From: Octopus vulgaris
Taxonomy: Eukaryota
Assembly: GCA_951406725.2 (NCBI GenBank)
Contig: OX597824.1
Coordinates: forward strand, 63,736,001 to 63,800,000
Direction of reading: 5' to 3'
DNA length: 64,000 nt
The notes beneath the pieces are model-generated. The model was not told where the DNA came from, ran no database searches, and saw only the letters and a list, made by a program, of their open reading frames with translations. Both the position numbers and the translations under genes were made by a program. This document shows, one piece after another, positions 42,074 to 57,582 of the stretch; position 1 is the stretch's first letter, and every line of letters begins with the position of its first letter.

Positions 42074-42074
<1 letters not shown>
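41847..42074 (+). mobile_element. SINE family B variant with a different 3' tail
   Basis: B head and body, then TAATCCCTTTGTCTGTCCTTGTTTGTCCCCTCTG...GTAAAGAAAT. Confidence 0.85.
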
Positions 42075-42108
<34 letters not shown>

Positions 42109-42125
42109 TTCACACGTATACACTT

Positions 42126-42160
<35 letters not shown>

Positions 42161-42981
42161 TGCATGTGTGTGTGCGTGCGTGAAGAGGTAAAGAGTTTCC
42201 GTGCAATTCTACAATATATTAAAATAATCGCACAGCGTCAAAAGAATTCACTTTACCGTTCCACAGCCAATCGATACCTCTCCCTTCAATGTTAAATTGG
42301 GTCATATGCTTGAGGTGTCCTAATATAATGTAATCAGTATTCATTGATTCTTCTTATTAGATTCAGGAGATATCCCTTCCAATCCAAACCTATTTTATCG
42401 ATTTTATTTATCCGCTGAAAGACCACAAAATTGTCGGTGGCTTCAGTAGTAGGCTGTGTCATCTTAAATTTACCCTAGCCAAAATAAAGTTGATTATTAT
42501 CATTCTTAGATATATCCTCCAGCTGTGTATATTCATCGTTTCACGGCTTATGTGATTAACGGTTCTTTACCAGTAATTTCACTTCAAACATTTCCGTTCA
42601 TTATATTGGAGGAAATCCTATTGCTATAGAAAAAAAACACTTGATAAGATTTCCTTTATAGAAAAGCAAACCAATTAGATGGGATCAGAAAGCTGGTTGA
42701 AGGGTTAACATTTACATATTGTTATGGATATTCCATATAGCCTGTGATTAACAGTCTTAACTTCCAAAGGTACAATCTTCCAAGAATTCAATGGTGAAAC
42801 ATTGAGAGGTGACTTGTGTTTGTAAGCGTCGACAACATAGTAAATTCGGAACGTGATGAGTGTACGCAGCTGTTTTGACGTTTGCTACTTGGTACACATG
42901 TTTGGACGCTAAATACATTTGGCGATGTGTGTTTTTTTATGCTGATGGCAGAAACACCCACAGAAACAAATGCAGATGAAC

Positions 42982-43012
<31 letters not shown>

Positions 43013-43339
43013 TCGAAGGTAAAACACACTTATACAGAAGTAAACGTCAAAATGAACATAAAGTGAAATTGTTAAAATGTAGAGTTATTTCCTTTTATAT
43101 GGCATATAAATACACATCTAAACATTATTCTTTATTTCATTAAATTGGCTATGAAAGCCATACACAGATGAAGAAGCTACGGGCTGGACAAAGACATTAA
43201 TGAGATGAGATGACTGATGAACAGGATGGTATTAATGAGAGAAGGCAAAAGACGCCCTCCGATTTTTGCTTCTAAAAAACATTGTTCTTTTGTGAACTTA
43301 TAATTTGAAGCAATAAGCCGCTTACCAATATTTCTTTTG

Positions 43340-43900
43340 GACTCAAAATCCTTACAATGAGGCACTAAGCCTCTTACCTTAAATGGCACCAAGTCCTTGA
43401 AATGAGGCACTTGGCCTCTTACAATTTTTTTTCTTATGGGCTATATGCCCTTGCAATATGAGGCACTCATCCTCTTACTTTTACATTATTCTTAATGAAA
43501 GAAGAGATTTTCCTATTGATATATAACAAAAAATGTAACTTTATTTCCTTCGTTTTGGGGAACCGTGATCGAGATTTCTCAGGTGCTCGGCAAAATCCAT
43601 TTTCTTAAATCTAAGACTAGTTCTTTATGATCTTCTAAGTTCATCGGTATATTTTGTCAGTTCCTGACCCGGTTGTTGCTCCAGTAAGTTTTATCAGCAT
43701 GTTTAACATGTCAACGCCAAAGTTTTGATGTTCAAAATAAGTTTTGGGCCGAATCGATACCCCAAATCAGCACAATCAAAATGTACCCAGTAAAATAGTG
43801 AATGTCTTGTTAGTGAGCAACATTTTCCAGTCTTCTTACGGAACCGGTCAAAATTGCCAGATTCCCTGTCGTGGCCATTGTTTCAATTATATCTTCCACT
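43340..43900. mobile_element. Probable DNA-transposon remnant with subterminal repeats
   Basis: ATGAGGCACT(4 nt)CTCTTAC three times at 43357-43478; the same motif is inverted at 51020-51041. Confidence 0.45.
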
Positions 43901-45760
43901 CTAACCAGTGGACTCAAAAATATACGACTGTTAATACATAACTTCCTAAATGCTGAAAGTTTTCGTTCTACAAATTTAGAATTAATTTTGTATATTATAA
44001 GACAATTTTCTACAACGCTTGAGCTACTTCACTTTAGCTACACTCAGTCTCTGCTTAATCGTTCTCTTTATGCTACGAAATAACAGCGCTATGTTCACTG
44101 TTCAAATAGGTTTTACTGTGGCGTATACTAAAACCTTTCACTTTTACCTTTTTTTTTAGGAAAATTATAAACAATTACCAAAATTTACAAGAAGCTATGA
44201 ATTCAATTTTTTTTTCTTCCTATGATATTTTTTGCTGTATCTAATTCCTTTCACGTAATGATGAATAGGCGCAGGTTCTCCGTGATTTATATGACATATT
44301 CATTGATAGCATTAAGAAATCATAATCGGTACAGCAAGGAATATGTTTCATTGAACTTAACTTTCATTTAGTTTCTAATATGTATACAGATCTACTAGGA
44401 AGAGGCGTATACATAATTTGCTTTGTTACCGTTATTCTACTAAAAAACCAAATATAGGGTAACGTATTATAAAAAACGTTCATGGCAAACAGTTTGCGAC
44501 TAGGTTTTTGACTTATATCACTGATGTTGTTGATATAAAACAAACGTCACAACGTCATGACTGATTTTCTATTTACCATAAAGGAAGAGACAACTAGAGG
44601 ACAGACAAAGAGGTTGAGGGATCGAATGGGATGACAAGATTAAAGAATTTATGATGATATATAAAATCGGATGATGATGATGGAGTGAGGGGCGGGTGCG
44701 ACACCACAAACCACGTTTCTCCACTGATCCCTTTAAGAAACTGTTATGTCTCTTTTAAGCAGGCACCTTCACTCTCAACATGCTTGCCACTTTCTTCCAT
44801 CTTTGCTCATATGTATTGAGTAGCAAGCGTCTTCTCTTCAGCCTTATTTACATTTTAAGATGGAAAATAAAAGTTTACTAAACCGAGGCTGGAGATGAAG
44901 ACGCCTATAATGTCATAATGAATAACATCACAATAACCCGCCTACGTTGAATACATCATAACTTATACATCAATTTACGGAGGGATTGGTTAACGACCAA
45001 TAGAGACGCGGGAAATACTGACTATTTAAAATTTTGTTTTCCCTTTCAAGTCCGAAATAGAAAGTTTGTTATTTTCTAAGGAATCCATGTATTTCTGATA
45101 AACGCCATAGCTAACCCATGAAATCTTGTATCGAAATCAACAGCTAACCAAATTGATCCGAGAATGAATTCACAGATTACTCACTTCACCCGGTCATGGA
45201 GTCATTAAAAGTCAAGCAGACACTGTAACGCGAACGAGTAATTAATTTCCATTGATGTAGTTTAGGAGTGGAAGGGTTCTGGAATATGGAAGGCCTACTT
45301 GATATATTATATGAATATGATATACTCAGTGCTCCTCCCACTTTTAATCAATAAACGATAGAAATCACGATAATAGCAAATGCCAACTTGACAATTATGA
45401 TTCCTTCCGACCAAGACGTTGATTTAAAGACGATGTAATGAAGAGGTATTCCCTTATATCTTCCAATGATTGGTTGAAACCATAAGAGGGCTTGGTCTCA
45501 TAATTGCAAGTTAGCGAAACGATGATTAACTAGGCACTGCTCACTTTGACACACATGTGACATAAGAGAAAGGCAAGAGCAGGTAACACCTTGGTACCAA
45601 TACCGTTATAGCTGTTACCCTGAGAACAAAAGTTGCTTTAGAACAGATGCTGCAAGGTAGCCCACCAGATGACCTCCTAATTCCACCAATCTGCCAAAAC
45701 AAGCCAGAAAAATACAAAATCATGGTTGGTAACAATACAGGACAAAATGCAGTTACAGTC

Positions 45761-45852
<92 letters not shown>

Positions 45853-46018
45853 AAAGTTAATTGCTCTATTTTCTATCTTTTCATTTGTCTTTCTCGCATA
45901 CATTCTGACGTTTGATAAAATTTTGAGAACATATTCTTAGTGGTAAGGCGATTTGGCGTTTTCTTCTAGCATATTAGGAATCCACCTGGGTGGCTATTCT
46001 TCATATATATATATATAT

Positions 46019-46215
46019 GTAGACTGTTGGCGATTTTTTCCTCCGTCTTCCTTTCCCCCGGACTGTCTTCTGTCTCCTGTTTCTGAAGAAGAGCTTTGCT
46101 CGAAACGTAAAACACCTTTTCTTTCCTTCTCTGAGCATCTTCTTAATACTTTGCATGTACCACGTCCTCGCATTGTTGTTTTTTCTTCTTTTTTGTCTGT
46201 TTATTATTATTTTTA
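46019..46215 (+). mobile_element. ~200 bp non-coding HHR-bearing element, copy 3
   Basis: Homologous to 2618-2823; TA/CA tracts on both sides. Confidence 0.82.
46078..46114 (+). ncRNA. Minimal type-I hammerhead ribozyme (37 nt, dimer type)
   Basis: UGUUU CUGAAGA A GAGC-UUU-GCUC GAAA CG UA AAACA: 5-bp stem I, 4-bp stem II, palindromic ACGU stem III, GUA triplet. Confidence 0.85.
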
Positions 46216-46339
46216 CACACACACACACATATATGCTTACGTATATATACATAAATATATATACGTATACTTACATACATATATTTATATACATATATTA
46301 TATATATACATATGTAAATATGAATATATATATACATAC

Positions 46340-46500
<161 letters not shown>

Positions 46501-47054
46501 GTATTACTGGTTCCTTTCGTTTGGGCAGAAGCAGCACACCAGGAGTGTGAAGCAAACAACTCTTTATAAACAGGCTTTTCGATCATTTTCTGGTGGTCAA
46601 CGCTGCAGTTTCCGTCTACCAAATTCAGTTATAAGTCTGTGGTTGGTCTATGGCTATTGTACAAAACACTTGCTCAAAGTACCATGCAGAGAGATTGAAC
46701 GTGGAACCATGTGGTTGGAAAGAAAACTTCTCAACCACGCAGTCATTCTTGCGCCTAATGTGTGTGTGGAGGTGGGGGTATAGATATTTACATTTGTTGT
46801 TAAATCGAGTATTGTGTCCCATTATGTGTCAAAGTAAGCCGTTCATCAAGTAGAGCTCTTTAAAATAAATTCCAGATTGAACTACGTACTGAGGTCAGTA
46901 TGATCAATTAAATTTTTTAAGGTGATACCCCATCATGGCGACAGTCAAAAGACTAAACCGAGTAAAATGATGTTTAAAGACTTAATGGCTTCAAATTTAA
47001 GGTAATGGATAATGTGGAACCTAAATCTCGAGCTTTTTAACGAGTGTAAGACAT

Positions 47055-47679
<625 letters not shown>

Positions 47680-48880
47680 GGATATCTTTGTGTGTGTAAG
47701 ATTATATTCACCAGTAATTAGATATTTATCAAAAGAGGTTTACAGTGAATTTCATCTGAGAGCGTTAATATGTCTTGTTAATGATACGAGCCAATATGAT
47801 CGACACTTCCATTGTGTATCTAAAAAGTACGCAAATGAGTGAAAGGAAAAAAATGCACAGAATGGAAGAACGGAAGACAAGAACAATACAAGAAAATTAT
47901 ATATTTTTATTTTGTTAAGACCACAAACAAAAGAACTGCAATGACGAACTGACTTCAAATGAGTCGTGCAGATTTTCTGGTGCGTAGCCATTTGTTAAAC
48001 ATGAGATAATATATTTCTTTAAACAATGCTTTTAGTAAATGGATGTCACTAACTGTTACTTGCAGACTTTATTACATCTGCTAATACTGGTTCAACTTTC
48101 TTTGGGTGTTTTTATCATTCGACTATATTTTTCTTTGCTTTTCTTCGTTCGCGGGACGTTGTTTGGAGATGGTTCTTGTATGCATATGTCTGTGTATTTT
48201 GTTCTTCTCATGACTGTTTTATATTCTTTTATTTACACAAGTTATTCTTCCAGACAATTTGCTCTTTCTCCATCTTGTGGATACAAATTAGATTTTATAT
48301 TTTTATACTTCAACCGTCTAGCTTACTTTCTCCTCACTCTCGCATTCATTAATTATTAATTCATATTTATATCAACTATCTATTTATCGAAATTCTGATT
48401 AATCAGTCATTTTTTTTCGTAAATACTTCCTTTCTTTCTCTTGTCTCTTTCTCCCCTCAGTTTCTTTTCCTTTATTATCTTTCATTTCAATGTCTTCATT
48501 TTCTTCACCACCTCCACCATTTCTTTCCTCTCTTCCTTTATTTTCTCTAACCTCAATTATTTATTTCACCATTTCTTTTTTGTTCTTCTATCTCATCCAC
48601 ATCTCTATTGTTCTCTTTTATTTCGTCCACTTCATTGTTTACGTATTTTTCACATCTCAAACTCTCTACGTTCTTTTCTTTTGTTTTATCATTTCCTTTC
48701 TTACTCTTCTTTCTTTCCGTTTAGTCACTTCATTGCTACTCATATTCCTTATTTCTTTTATTTCATCCAACATGTGATATATACATAATTCACATAATCC
48801 ATCTCTTATGATAACAAAGACACAAGTTAGTTCAATCGAGCGAAAAATTACATAAATACACAAACACTCAGCATTTTGGA

Positions 48881-48930
<50 letters not shown>

Positions 48931-49167
48931 AGAGAAATAGCTGTACAATTAAAAAAGAAAACACTTCGCAGCTACATATATATATATATATATATATATA
49001 TGTATAATTTCCTGGATCGATCGAACTAAGCATATTCCACAAGTGCCGTGTACTGTTCTTTCGGATTGCCAAACACAGTGTGGGAGGAATGTTGTAGAAA
49101 GTGTATTGAAGGTTGACATGTAAACATACATGCATGCACACGCACACGCACACTCTCACACACACTC

Positions 49168-49198
<31 letters not shown>

Positions 49199-49384
49199 CT
49201 ACTGGTGAGTAACGATAACTACCAAGAATGCGTTTTGTGTGCAAATCACTCTATGCGATTCATTTGAACCCTTCGTAACAATGACTTTATTATCAGGGTC
49301 TCAATGGACCGTTTGAGAAATTGCTCATGTAATGCCAGGATACATCATCCGCCTAATCTCTCTTTTCAGTCTGTGAAAATTTAT

Positions 49385-49467
<83 letters not shown>

Positions 49468-49805
49468 TGTATGTATGTATGTATGTATGTATGTATGTAT
49501 TTATATACGGAGCAAATAATTCAGAAGATATTTCAGGAGATATTTGCGAAGATATTATTGACTCTATTATTATCTAGTGTAACAATTAAAAATGATAATA
49601 ACAGAATCAATAAAATAGGTCCAATAAAAGCATTAAATAGCTGAATGATTTAAATTAATCAAATGACGTACTAAGTATGTCTACCTGCTGGAAATAACAG
49701 TCAACATTCTGATTTAAATCGCCGAAAATACATTGATGATAACAACAAAAATCAACCGTCTGAGGCCAAACTGGCTAAGACAATCTATCAGCATACATTT
49801 AAGTG

Positions 49806-49951
<146 letters not shown>

Positions 49952-50147
49952 TGTGCATACACACGCACATGCAAAATATGAATTTAGGTCACGGTAACTC
50001 AGACTAATAAGTATGCGGTCTGAGTGCACCAATATGTAGGTATTCCGCTAAAATTCCAGTTAGAACAGCGGCTGAAGTTGTGATTGCATGCATGCCTTGT
50101 TCGATAAAAACACTGGCAGTCGGTAGCTTACCTTTCAATTAGTAGGT

Positions 50148-50689
50148 ATCGGCTAAAGTAGTGAGGAAGGTAAACAATGTGCAAAGGCAAAACTATGGCA
50201 TTTAAATTAATTTAATTCAATCTAAAAATAGTGGAATTATACAAAACTGCCAAAAATAGTAGAGATAGACACTGACAGCTGTTTCTGGGATATCCCGGCT
50301 ATTGGAACATCGTATCAATTGATGGCTCCATAAACCGGCTATCCATCATCGGTGAAATATATGAAGAAATGTATGATAGACTATGGAAAGAAGGCTTCTC
50401 TTTAAAGATATTCATTGCGGTTCATTATAGTTCATTACGTTCAGGAGGGTAAGAGGGTGTAATTAAATTCATTGGAATCGGTTCTTCCTCAGGTATACCC
50501 TTAGGTAAATTCGTTATCAAAAGAGTGATTAAATACTATGTCAATGTGAGAATGGGGAAGAGACTGCTTGCAATTGAAATGTTTCATGAATAATGAGAGA
50601 ATGAATAAGCAAAATATTTTTAGATTGAATTAAATGAAATGAAATAACAAAGCCCTGCCTTGGCTAATTATTTGCCTTACTCTATTTTA

Positions 50690-50695
<6 letters not shown>
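50148..50695 (-). mobile_element. PLE-type remnant with diverged inverted terminal copy
   Basis: 50148-50230 is an imperfect reverse complement of 50616-50695 (ATTTAATTCAATCTAAAAAT exact); contains an HHR motif. Confidence 0.6.
50268..50356 (-). ncRNA. Hammerhead motif with long stem II
   Basis: Minus: CCGAUGA UGGAUA-GCCGG...CCGG-GAUAUCCCA GAAA CAGCUG UC AGUG; perfect palindromic stem III ACAGCUGU, GUC triplet, stem I imperfect. Confidence 0.7.
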
Positions 50696-50720
<25 letters not shown>

Positions 50721-51126
50721 GGCACAGAAGTGATTGTGTGTGGTAAGAGGGAATGGGATCTAACCAGCACTAAGGACCCTGATTGGCCTCCGTAGGTAGC
50801 TGCGGAAGTCGTGTGGGAAACCGATTTGTGTAAGGTAGTGAACATCTTCCCCGAAGACACGTTTCGCTTCCTGCTGAATCACCCCGACCTAGCAACATCA
50901 AGGTGCTTGAGTGAGGCACCGGGCCTAGTCGAGTGCCGGCAGACCGGAAAATAACGGAAAAAGTTAAGAGGCTTTTAGTGCTTTGTGTTGTGGGAGCATA
51001 TACCCCATTTATGAAAAATGTAAGAGGCTTAGTGCCTCATTTTTTAAGGACCTTACGTCCAAAATGAATAAAAGTAAGAGGTTTATAACTTTAGTTTGGT
51101 CGTTGTAAAAAGAACCACGTTTTCGG

Positions 51127-51187
<61 letters not shown>

Positions 51188-51199
51188 GATCCGTAGTAA

Positions 51200-52108
51200 A
51201 GCGACGAGCTGGCAGAATAGTTAAGGCGCTGGGCAAAATCCTTATCGGCATTTCGTCCGTCTTTATGTACTCTGTTCAAATTCCGCCACGGTCCATTTTG
51301 TCTTTCATCTTTTTGGGATCGATAAAATAAGCACCATTCAAGTACTGGGTGGTTGTACCCGAACCCTGAAACTGCTGGCCTTCTGCCAAAATTTGAAACC
51401 AGTAATATATTTACAAGGTCAGTAGTTTGAAAGAAAGTATGGACTCGATTTAAATAGTCTGAACTCAGAACCTGAAGAACAGAGACAGCTACTGCAAAGT
51501 ATTTTGTTCACCGTCTTTGGCTCGAATTTCGCTGGTAATATGACATACTTGGAAAACGGAAGTGTAATTTTTAATGGTGATGCACTTATATAATGACAAG
51601 TCTTTGTAATTAATGTGAGCTCTGGTAATGATATCAGGAATAGTTGATCGTATTTTGTTTCAATAATCACCGAATATTGCAATTAAAGAAAAGTAGATGA
51701 TGATGATGATGATGTTTTTTTTTATATTTAAAACAAGGTTGCAATTTCGGAAGAGGCGGTAAGTCGATTACATCGACCCCATTTCTCAACTATTACTTAT
51801 TTTATCGGCCCCCCAAAGTATGAAAGGCAAAGTCGACCTCGGTGGAATTTGAACCCAGAACGTAAAGCCAGAACAAATGCCGCTAATCAGTTTGTTCGAC
51901 CTACTGACGATTCTGACAGATCGCCGCCTTAGTATTCTTTTTACTCTAGACACAAGGCCGGAAATTTTAGGGGAGGGGCCAGTCGATTAGATCGACCCCA
52001 GTAGGCAACTGGTACTTAATTTATCGCCCCTGAAAGGATGAAAGGCAGACGAAGTACTGCTAATCAATTTGTTCGGGTTACTGACGATTCTACCAGATCG
52101 CTGACTTA
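51200..52108. mobile_element. Three SINE B copies (+ 51200-51400; - 51735-51930; - 51934-52108)
   Basis: Matches to the family B head, body and tail. Confidence 0.8.
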
Positions 52109-52175
52109 ATATTAATGATGATGATGATGATGATAAGGAGGAGGAGGAGAAGGAGGAGAAGGAGAAACATCATCA

Positions 52176-52207
<32 letters not shown>

Positions 52208-52540
52208 GAGTGAGAGAGCAGTTCATGCCATCAAAGTGACACTAGGGTAAAATATACGAAGCCCAATTTACCCATAATGACTACCCGTCTGATAAGGGTA
52301 CACCAGGCACATGCATCACAACCATATGTACGCGACATGGTGATCTCATATCAAGATAAACAGCACATGACCTTACAGGTGGGGCCCAGTTAGAATTTTC
52401 TTCAGGTTGAGTAGCCCATCCCGCTCAAAAGGTCCCTGAATAAGGGTTGTTTAAGGATGTTGAAAGAACCACCCATGTTTCCAGAGGCGAATTATTCAAA
52501 CCCCAAAGAATCCCTCTCAACACATGGCTATGATGCTCCC

Positions 52541-52541
<1 letters not shown>
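52208..52541 (-). mobile_element. TAA-embedded repeat, second copy (shorter 5' end)
   Basis: Reverse complement of ~25090-25423, flanked by (TTA)n. Confidence 0.8.
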
Positions 52542-52610
<69 letters not shown>

Positions 52611-52620
52611 GTTATTATTA

Positions 52621-52985
52621 TTATTTCCTCTGCCTTAGCGAAGGCAGAGGAATTGTTTTCAGTCGTGTTTGTTTGTCCATGGACAAGATATCTCAAGAAC
52701 CGCTGGATGGATTCTGGTGAAACTTTCAGAGATGTTTGGCCTCGTGACGGGCGCGAACTGATTAAATTTTGGGGTCGATCCGCTATCGAAGAAGGATTCT
52801 GCATTATTTCTCCTGTTCTTTTACTTAATTTTTGTGAGTGGTCGTGTTCATTTTTAGTATTCTCGTTTTTGAGAAAAGTCAAGTTCATTTCAAATATTCT
52901 CATTTTAAAACTCATCTCCAGCGAATCGTTGAGAGCACCTTGGTGTTCCCTTTGCGGATGCTTGCGCTCTCTGAGTGCTCTTATT
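52621..52985 (+). mobile_element. Helentron-associated non-autonomous element (HINE/DINE-1-like)
   Basis: 5' CCTCTGCC...GGCAGAGG inverted repeat, GTTTGTTTGTC microsatellite, 3' GCGGATG then hairpin GCGCTC-TCT-GAGTGC; T-rich ends. Confidence 0.7.
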
Positions 52986-53004
52986 ACAATTATTATCATT
53001 ACTA

Positions 53005-53217
53005 AGGCGGTGAGACAGCAGAATTGTTAGAGCGCTGGACGAAATGCTTAACGGTATTTCTCCCGTCATTACGTTCTGAGCTCAACCTCCGCTGAGGTCG
53101 ATTTTGTTTCCATCCTTTCTAGGTTGATAAAATAAGTACCAGTTGAACACTGGTGTCGAAGTAATTTACTCATTCCGTCCCTCAAAAGCGCTGCCTTTGT
53201 GGAAAAATTTGAAACCA
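53005..53217 (+). mobile_element. SINE family B
   Basis: AGGCGGTGAGACAGCAGAATTGTTAG...GATAAAATAAGTACCAGTTG. Confidence 0.85.
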
Positions 53218-53219
53218 TG

Positions 53220-53266
<47 letters not shown>

Positions 53267-53359
53267 CATCATCATCATCATCGACATCATCATCATCATC
53301 ATCATCATCATGATTATTACTATTATTATTATTTTTATTATTTTTATTATTATTATCAT

Positions 53360-53401
<42 letters not shown>

Positions 53402-54164
53402 CACTACTAGTGTAATTAAATACCTCTTACTATCGAATGAACACAGTTTGCTGGAAATTAACAAACATACTATTTTTATAATTACTTTGCTAATAACAAC
53501 TGAATAGTAATTTGTGTCTCACGCAAATATGTAAATATTTCCTGTCAAAGTTGAGATAAAGGCTTGTCTTTATAAACATGTATAGTCTGTCTGTACGTAA
53601 TGCTATAAATCTCGGCAACATTATGTAACAATCGTTTATATCGAATGTAATATGATCGATTTTGTGTTTCAGTGTGAAAAGGGAAAGATTTTAGGAGGAT
53701 TTCCAGATTTTAATGTAGTAGAATACAGCATTTAATCCAAGATACACCATTGCATAGCTTATTATTATCGTTCACAAGATCACATCTTCGCCACATTTGA
53801 TTGTAGAAGTTGTAATCTAACCCATACTCGATTATATACAGATACATGGTAACAACAGTAAGCTTCTCACAAAGATTAGTATGCTGATTGAATCACCGCT
53901 TGAGTCATTATACTCAATTTCTTAGGATTTCTTGCCATAATACTTAGTTAATGTAACAGCAGGTGCCTACATGCTCACTAACACATAACTCTATAACCGT
54001 TTGGTGTTGTAAGATTTAAATACAAGTATATCATCGATGCTATGCCCAACAGAGATAACTGTTAATTTATGCGTTATGTATCTATTGATTCATATAATGC
54101 ACCATAGACAAACTTTAACGAAGTAAATGAAACCCTTTTGATTCTTAAAGATATATATATATAT

Positions 54165-54222
<58 letters not shown>

Positions 54223-54236
<14 letters not shown>

Positions 54237-54610
54237 CTGAAGTTGTCTGTGTGTGGCAGGTTTGGTAGCCTTCAACTAACATTACCTCTTCCGAAACCCT
54301 GCGGCGCAAGATGACCAAAATTGAGAGTATGATAGAAGAAGGCTTGTTCTTCATTCCGGAGAAGATAAAATTCGAATCGGACCATGTTAAGACCAAAATT
54401 TATTTGCATCAAAAAGGTGCCTTTTTCCTATGAAAATCCCTATTTTTAACGATTTTTTGACTGCTGTGTCGCCATTTTTCGGTGTATTTCAACCAGAAAA
54501 ATGTTCACTTAAAGAGAATAACAAGCTACATAATGCATTTTTTTAATTTTCAAAAATTCCTATTCTAAATAGTCGAAACAAACCCGAGCAACACCGGGCG
54601 ATACTGCTAG
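54223..54610 (+). mobile_element. Non-autonomous Helitron
   Basis: TATATAAAGCTGAAGTTGTCTGTGTG start merged into a TA tract; end ACAAACCCGAGCAACACCGGGCGATACTGCTAG|T. Confidence 0.85.
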
Positions 54611-56495
54611 TTATTAATACATCGACAACTACTAATATGCAGAAGTAATTCTATAGATGGGTACTTTTTGTTCTAATCAACTTTCCGTCCTTATCTTAGC
54701 ATTTAAAGATAGATATTTCAAAACACTCAACAAATTCTAAGACAAGTAGATTTGGATTCATCAACAATGGTTCTGCAAATGCTATGATCTTTCTATTTTC
54801 TTCAATGCTTCTTATACCACGAGGGCTACGGTTATACATTTGCAAATGTAACGGTAATGTAAGTCTTATGCTTTCAAATAGTTTTGTTTAAGTTAAAGCC
54901 ACAGTTGTGTTTAGAAAAGTTTATATTGGAATAGAGAAATTAATGCATCAAGTACGAGCATAAAATTCTTGGCATCACAACTGTTATTTTCTATAATGTT
55001 ATTTCCTATAATGTTATTGCCTTACAACAATAACGATATCGATTTGTTTCTCTCTATAAAAATAAAAAAATAAACACGTTTTCTTGTCAGCAGGACGGAA
55101 AAAAAACATTCACTTGTTTTGAATCATTCAAGTGTGTTCTTCTTTGAGAAAAAAGAAAGAAATTAACCAAGCATTAAATCGGAGTTCTTTAGAACGCAAC
55201 TTGCTACAGAGAATTGGTCTTTGTGAAGAAACAATTGCTACATCTGTTCCGTTGTTAAAGAAGACTTTCGCCTGGCGTCGATAATTTTAAAAATGAGAAA
55301 ATTTTGTTTCAGTCTTTATCACTGCTTACAGACATTTGTGAGAAGCAACAGTTTTATTAAGGAGAATATGCTACAAAACTACGTATTAAATTAATTGCTG
55401 TTGTTGCTTATCTGCATGTCAGTCGTGGAGGGGGAAAAAAGACCACAAGATCAAAAATCAACCAGATCGTGATTTTACTCCATTATATGAAAGAATATTG
55501 ACTCTAAAATTACATTGCTATATATGTTTCTTGTTGTTTAAGATAACAGAATATGATACGAGAGATATTTATCTACTATTTCTAGCAAGCCTACCGTTCC
55601 GAGTAGAGCTCATATAGTTTTTATTTGATAAAAACTTGCAAGATAAACCGATGTGATTTCTGTGAGCAGTATATATAACTTTATGAATTCAAGCGTGGCC
55701 AAATAGTTAGAAAGTTTACAAGAATTTCCGAGGTCGATCCTAATACGTAACACTTCGGAGCAAATATATATTACCATAGCCTTTACTTCCCCAAGTGTTA
55801 TGAATGACGTATGGTAGAGAGAAACTGTCTTAAAGGACTATACAAATAATTCAAATCTCTAGCGTTGTTCACACTGTCATTTTGAATGCGGAGTTTCAGG
55901 AGAAAGTAAGCATTCAAAATGCGGTGCCGTACAGCTTGAATCACGAGACCAACTCTCAGATCGAGTTTTAATAATAAAAAAAACTATATCCTCTTCAGCA
56001 TATGTATTGAGCACTGCTTTCTCAATCGGTGGACATTAAGCAACGTACGTACATGTATGTGTGTGTAGAGAGAGGGGGCGTGTATGTGTGTATGTGCGCG
56101 CGTGTGTATAGCCAACACTCTTCCCCAGTTTCTGTCTACCAAATTTTATTCAAAAACTTTAGCAGACTTGAAACTGTATTTAAGCACAATTGCCCAATAT
56201 GCCAAAATCACATTCTGGTCACGCGAAATTCTTAACCAAAGGACGATATCTGTAGCCATCAATATTTCCTATTATAAAACTCTGATAAACACCTCGCTTC
56301 AATACTCTCGGTTAAATTATATTTCTTATTTATCTTTACCGTAAGCTTTAGTCAATATATTCCCATCTTCGTTCAGTTACACAAAATATCCTCCATCGGA
56401 GCTGTATATACACACAAACAAAAACACGCACACACACAACATACACGCATACGCACACACACATACACATACAAACACAAAAATACATAAGCATG

Positions 56496-56527
<32 letters not shown>

Positions 56528-57377
56528 AGTGTATGTGGATGGGGTGGGGTATTATATTATATGTTATATGACGTACATTGCCGTCCAGCACTCATAATAC
56601 GGTTTTAACTCAACTACCTCCTATTGCTTTTCTCTCTAACCGTCTTATAAGATTAATGCAGCATTATATATTCATATTACCTACTCCTTATTGTTTTTCC
56701 CTTATTTCTTATTTTTTCTGTTTATTCTCCTATCAATCGTGTCACTTCTATACGCATTTCCGATATGATTACGCATAGATATCTTCAAAATTGAAGCCCT
56801 ACACAGATCGATTTCTGCAAAATTAAACAGTATGGCTCATTTTGACTATTCACCTTTTTTCCTGTAATCCAACCAACGATGAACGACCCATCGTGTATAT
56901 AATAAAGAATATTCTATCATAAATAATGATATCAATTAACGCTTATGGCTATTATTGTAATGGACCCATCACTAGTTACAATCTCGCTGAGAAAGTAGAG
57001 ATTATCCATCAGAAATATTTTATCTTAAGTGGTCACGTTTGCTCAATGTTGACGTTTGCCCAATGTCATTCTGGGATAGAGAAAAGGTTTCAAATATGCT
57101 ATGATTTACGTTCCTTTCCTTTCTAAGCTCAAAAACCCACAGAGATGTTTTGTCTTTTACCTTTCTGGGTTCAAAAACTGTTTTCAATTCAATCGAATAT
57201 ACACACACTCGCCTAAGATATGACGTTTTTCACTTTTTGAACAGAGGAAATCATTATAACTATAAGAGCCGTCTGTGTGTTTGTGTGTTACATTTAAAGT
57301 ATTATACATCATTAGCAGGCATGATGCCGTGTTACTTCTGAGAGGAAGTCTCAGCATAGACATGTTTAAAAACACTA

Positions 57378-57457
<80 letters not shown>

Positions 57458-57496
57458 TAAAAAATGGAGTTAACGCAGGTTTAAACAAGTATTTTT

Positions 57497-57582
57497 ACTT
57501 TCGACACATGTTTCGAAAATTCCACTGATACTATTCAAAATAATAAATGGTATAAACAATGCAATCTTCTCTTCGGGAAAGT
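57497..57582 (-). ncRNA. Hammerhead ribozyme, inverted copy
   Basis: Reverse complement of 58610-58695, with one change in the stem II extension. Confidence 0.82.

Noticed and set aside
50745-50960. GC-rich block with minus GAAACGUGUC and an open frame
   Set aside because: No HHR core, no recognisable protein motif or splice context
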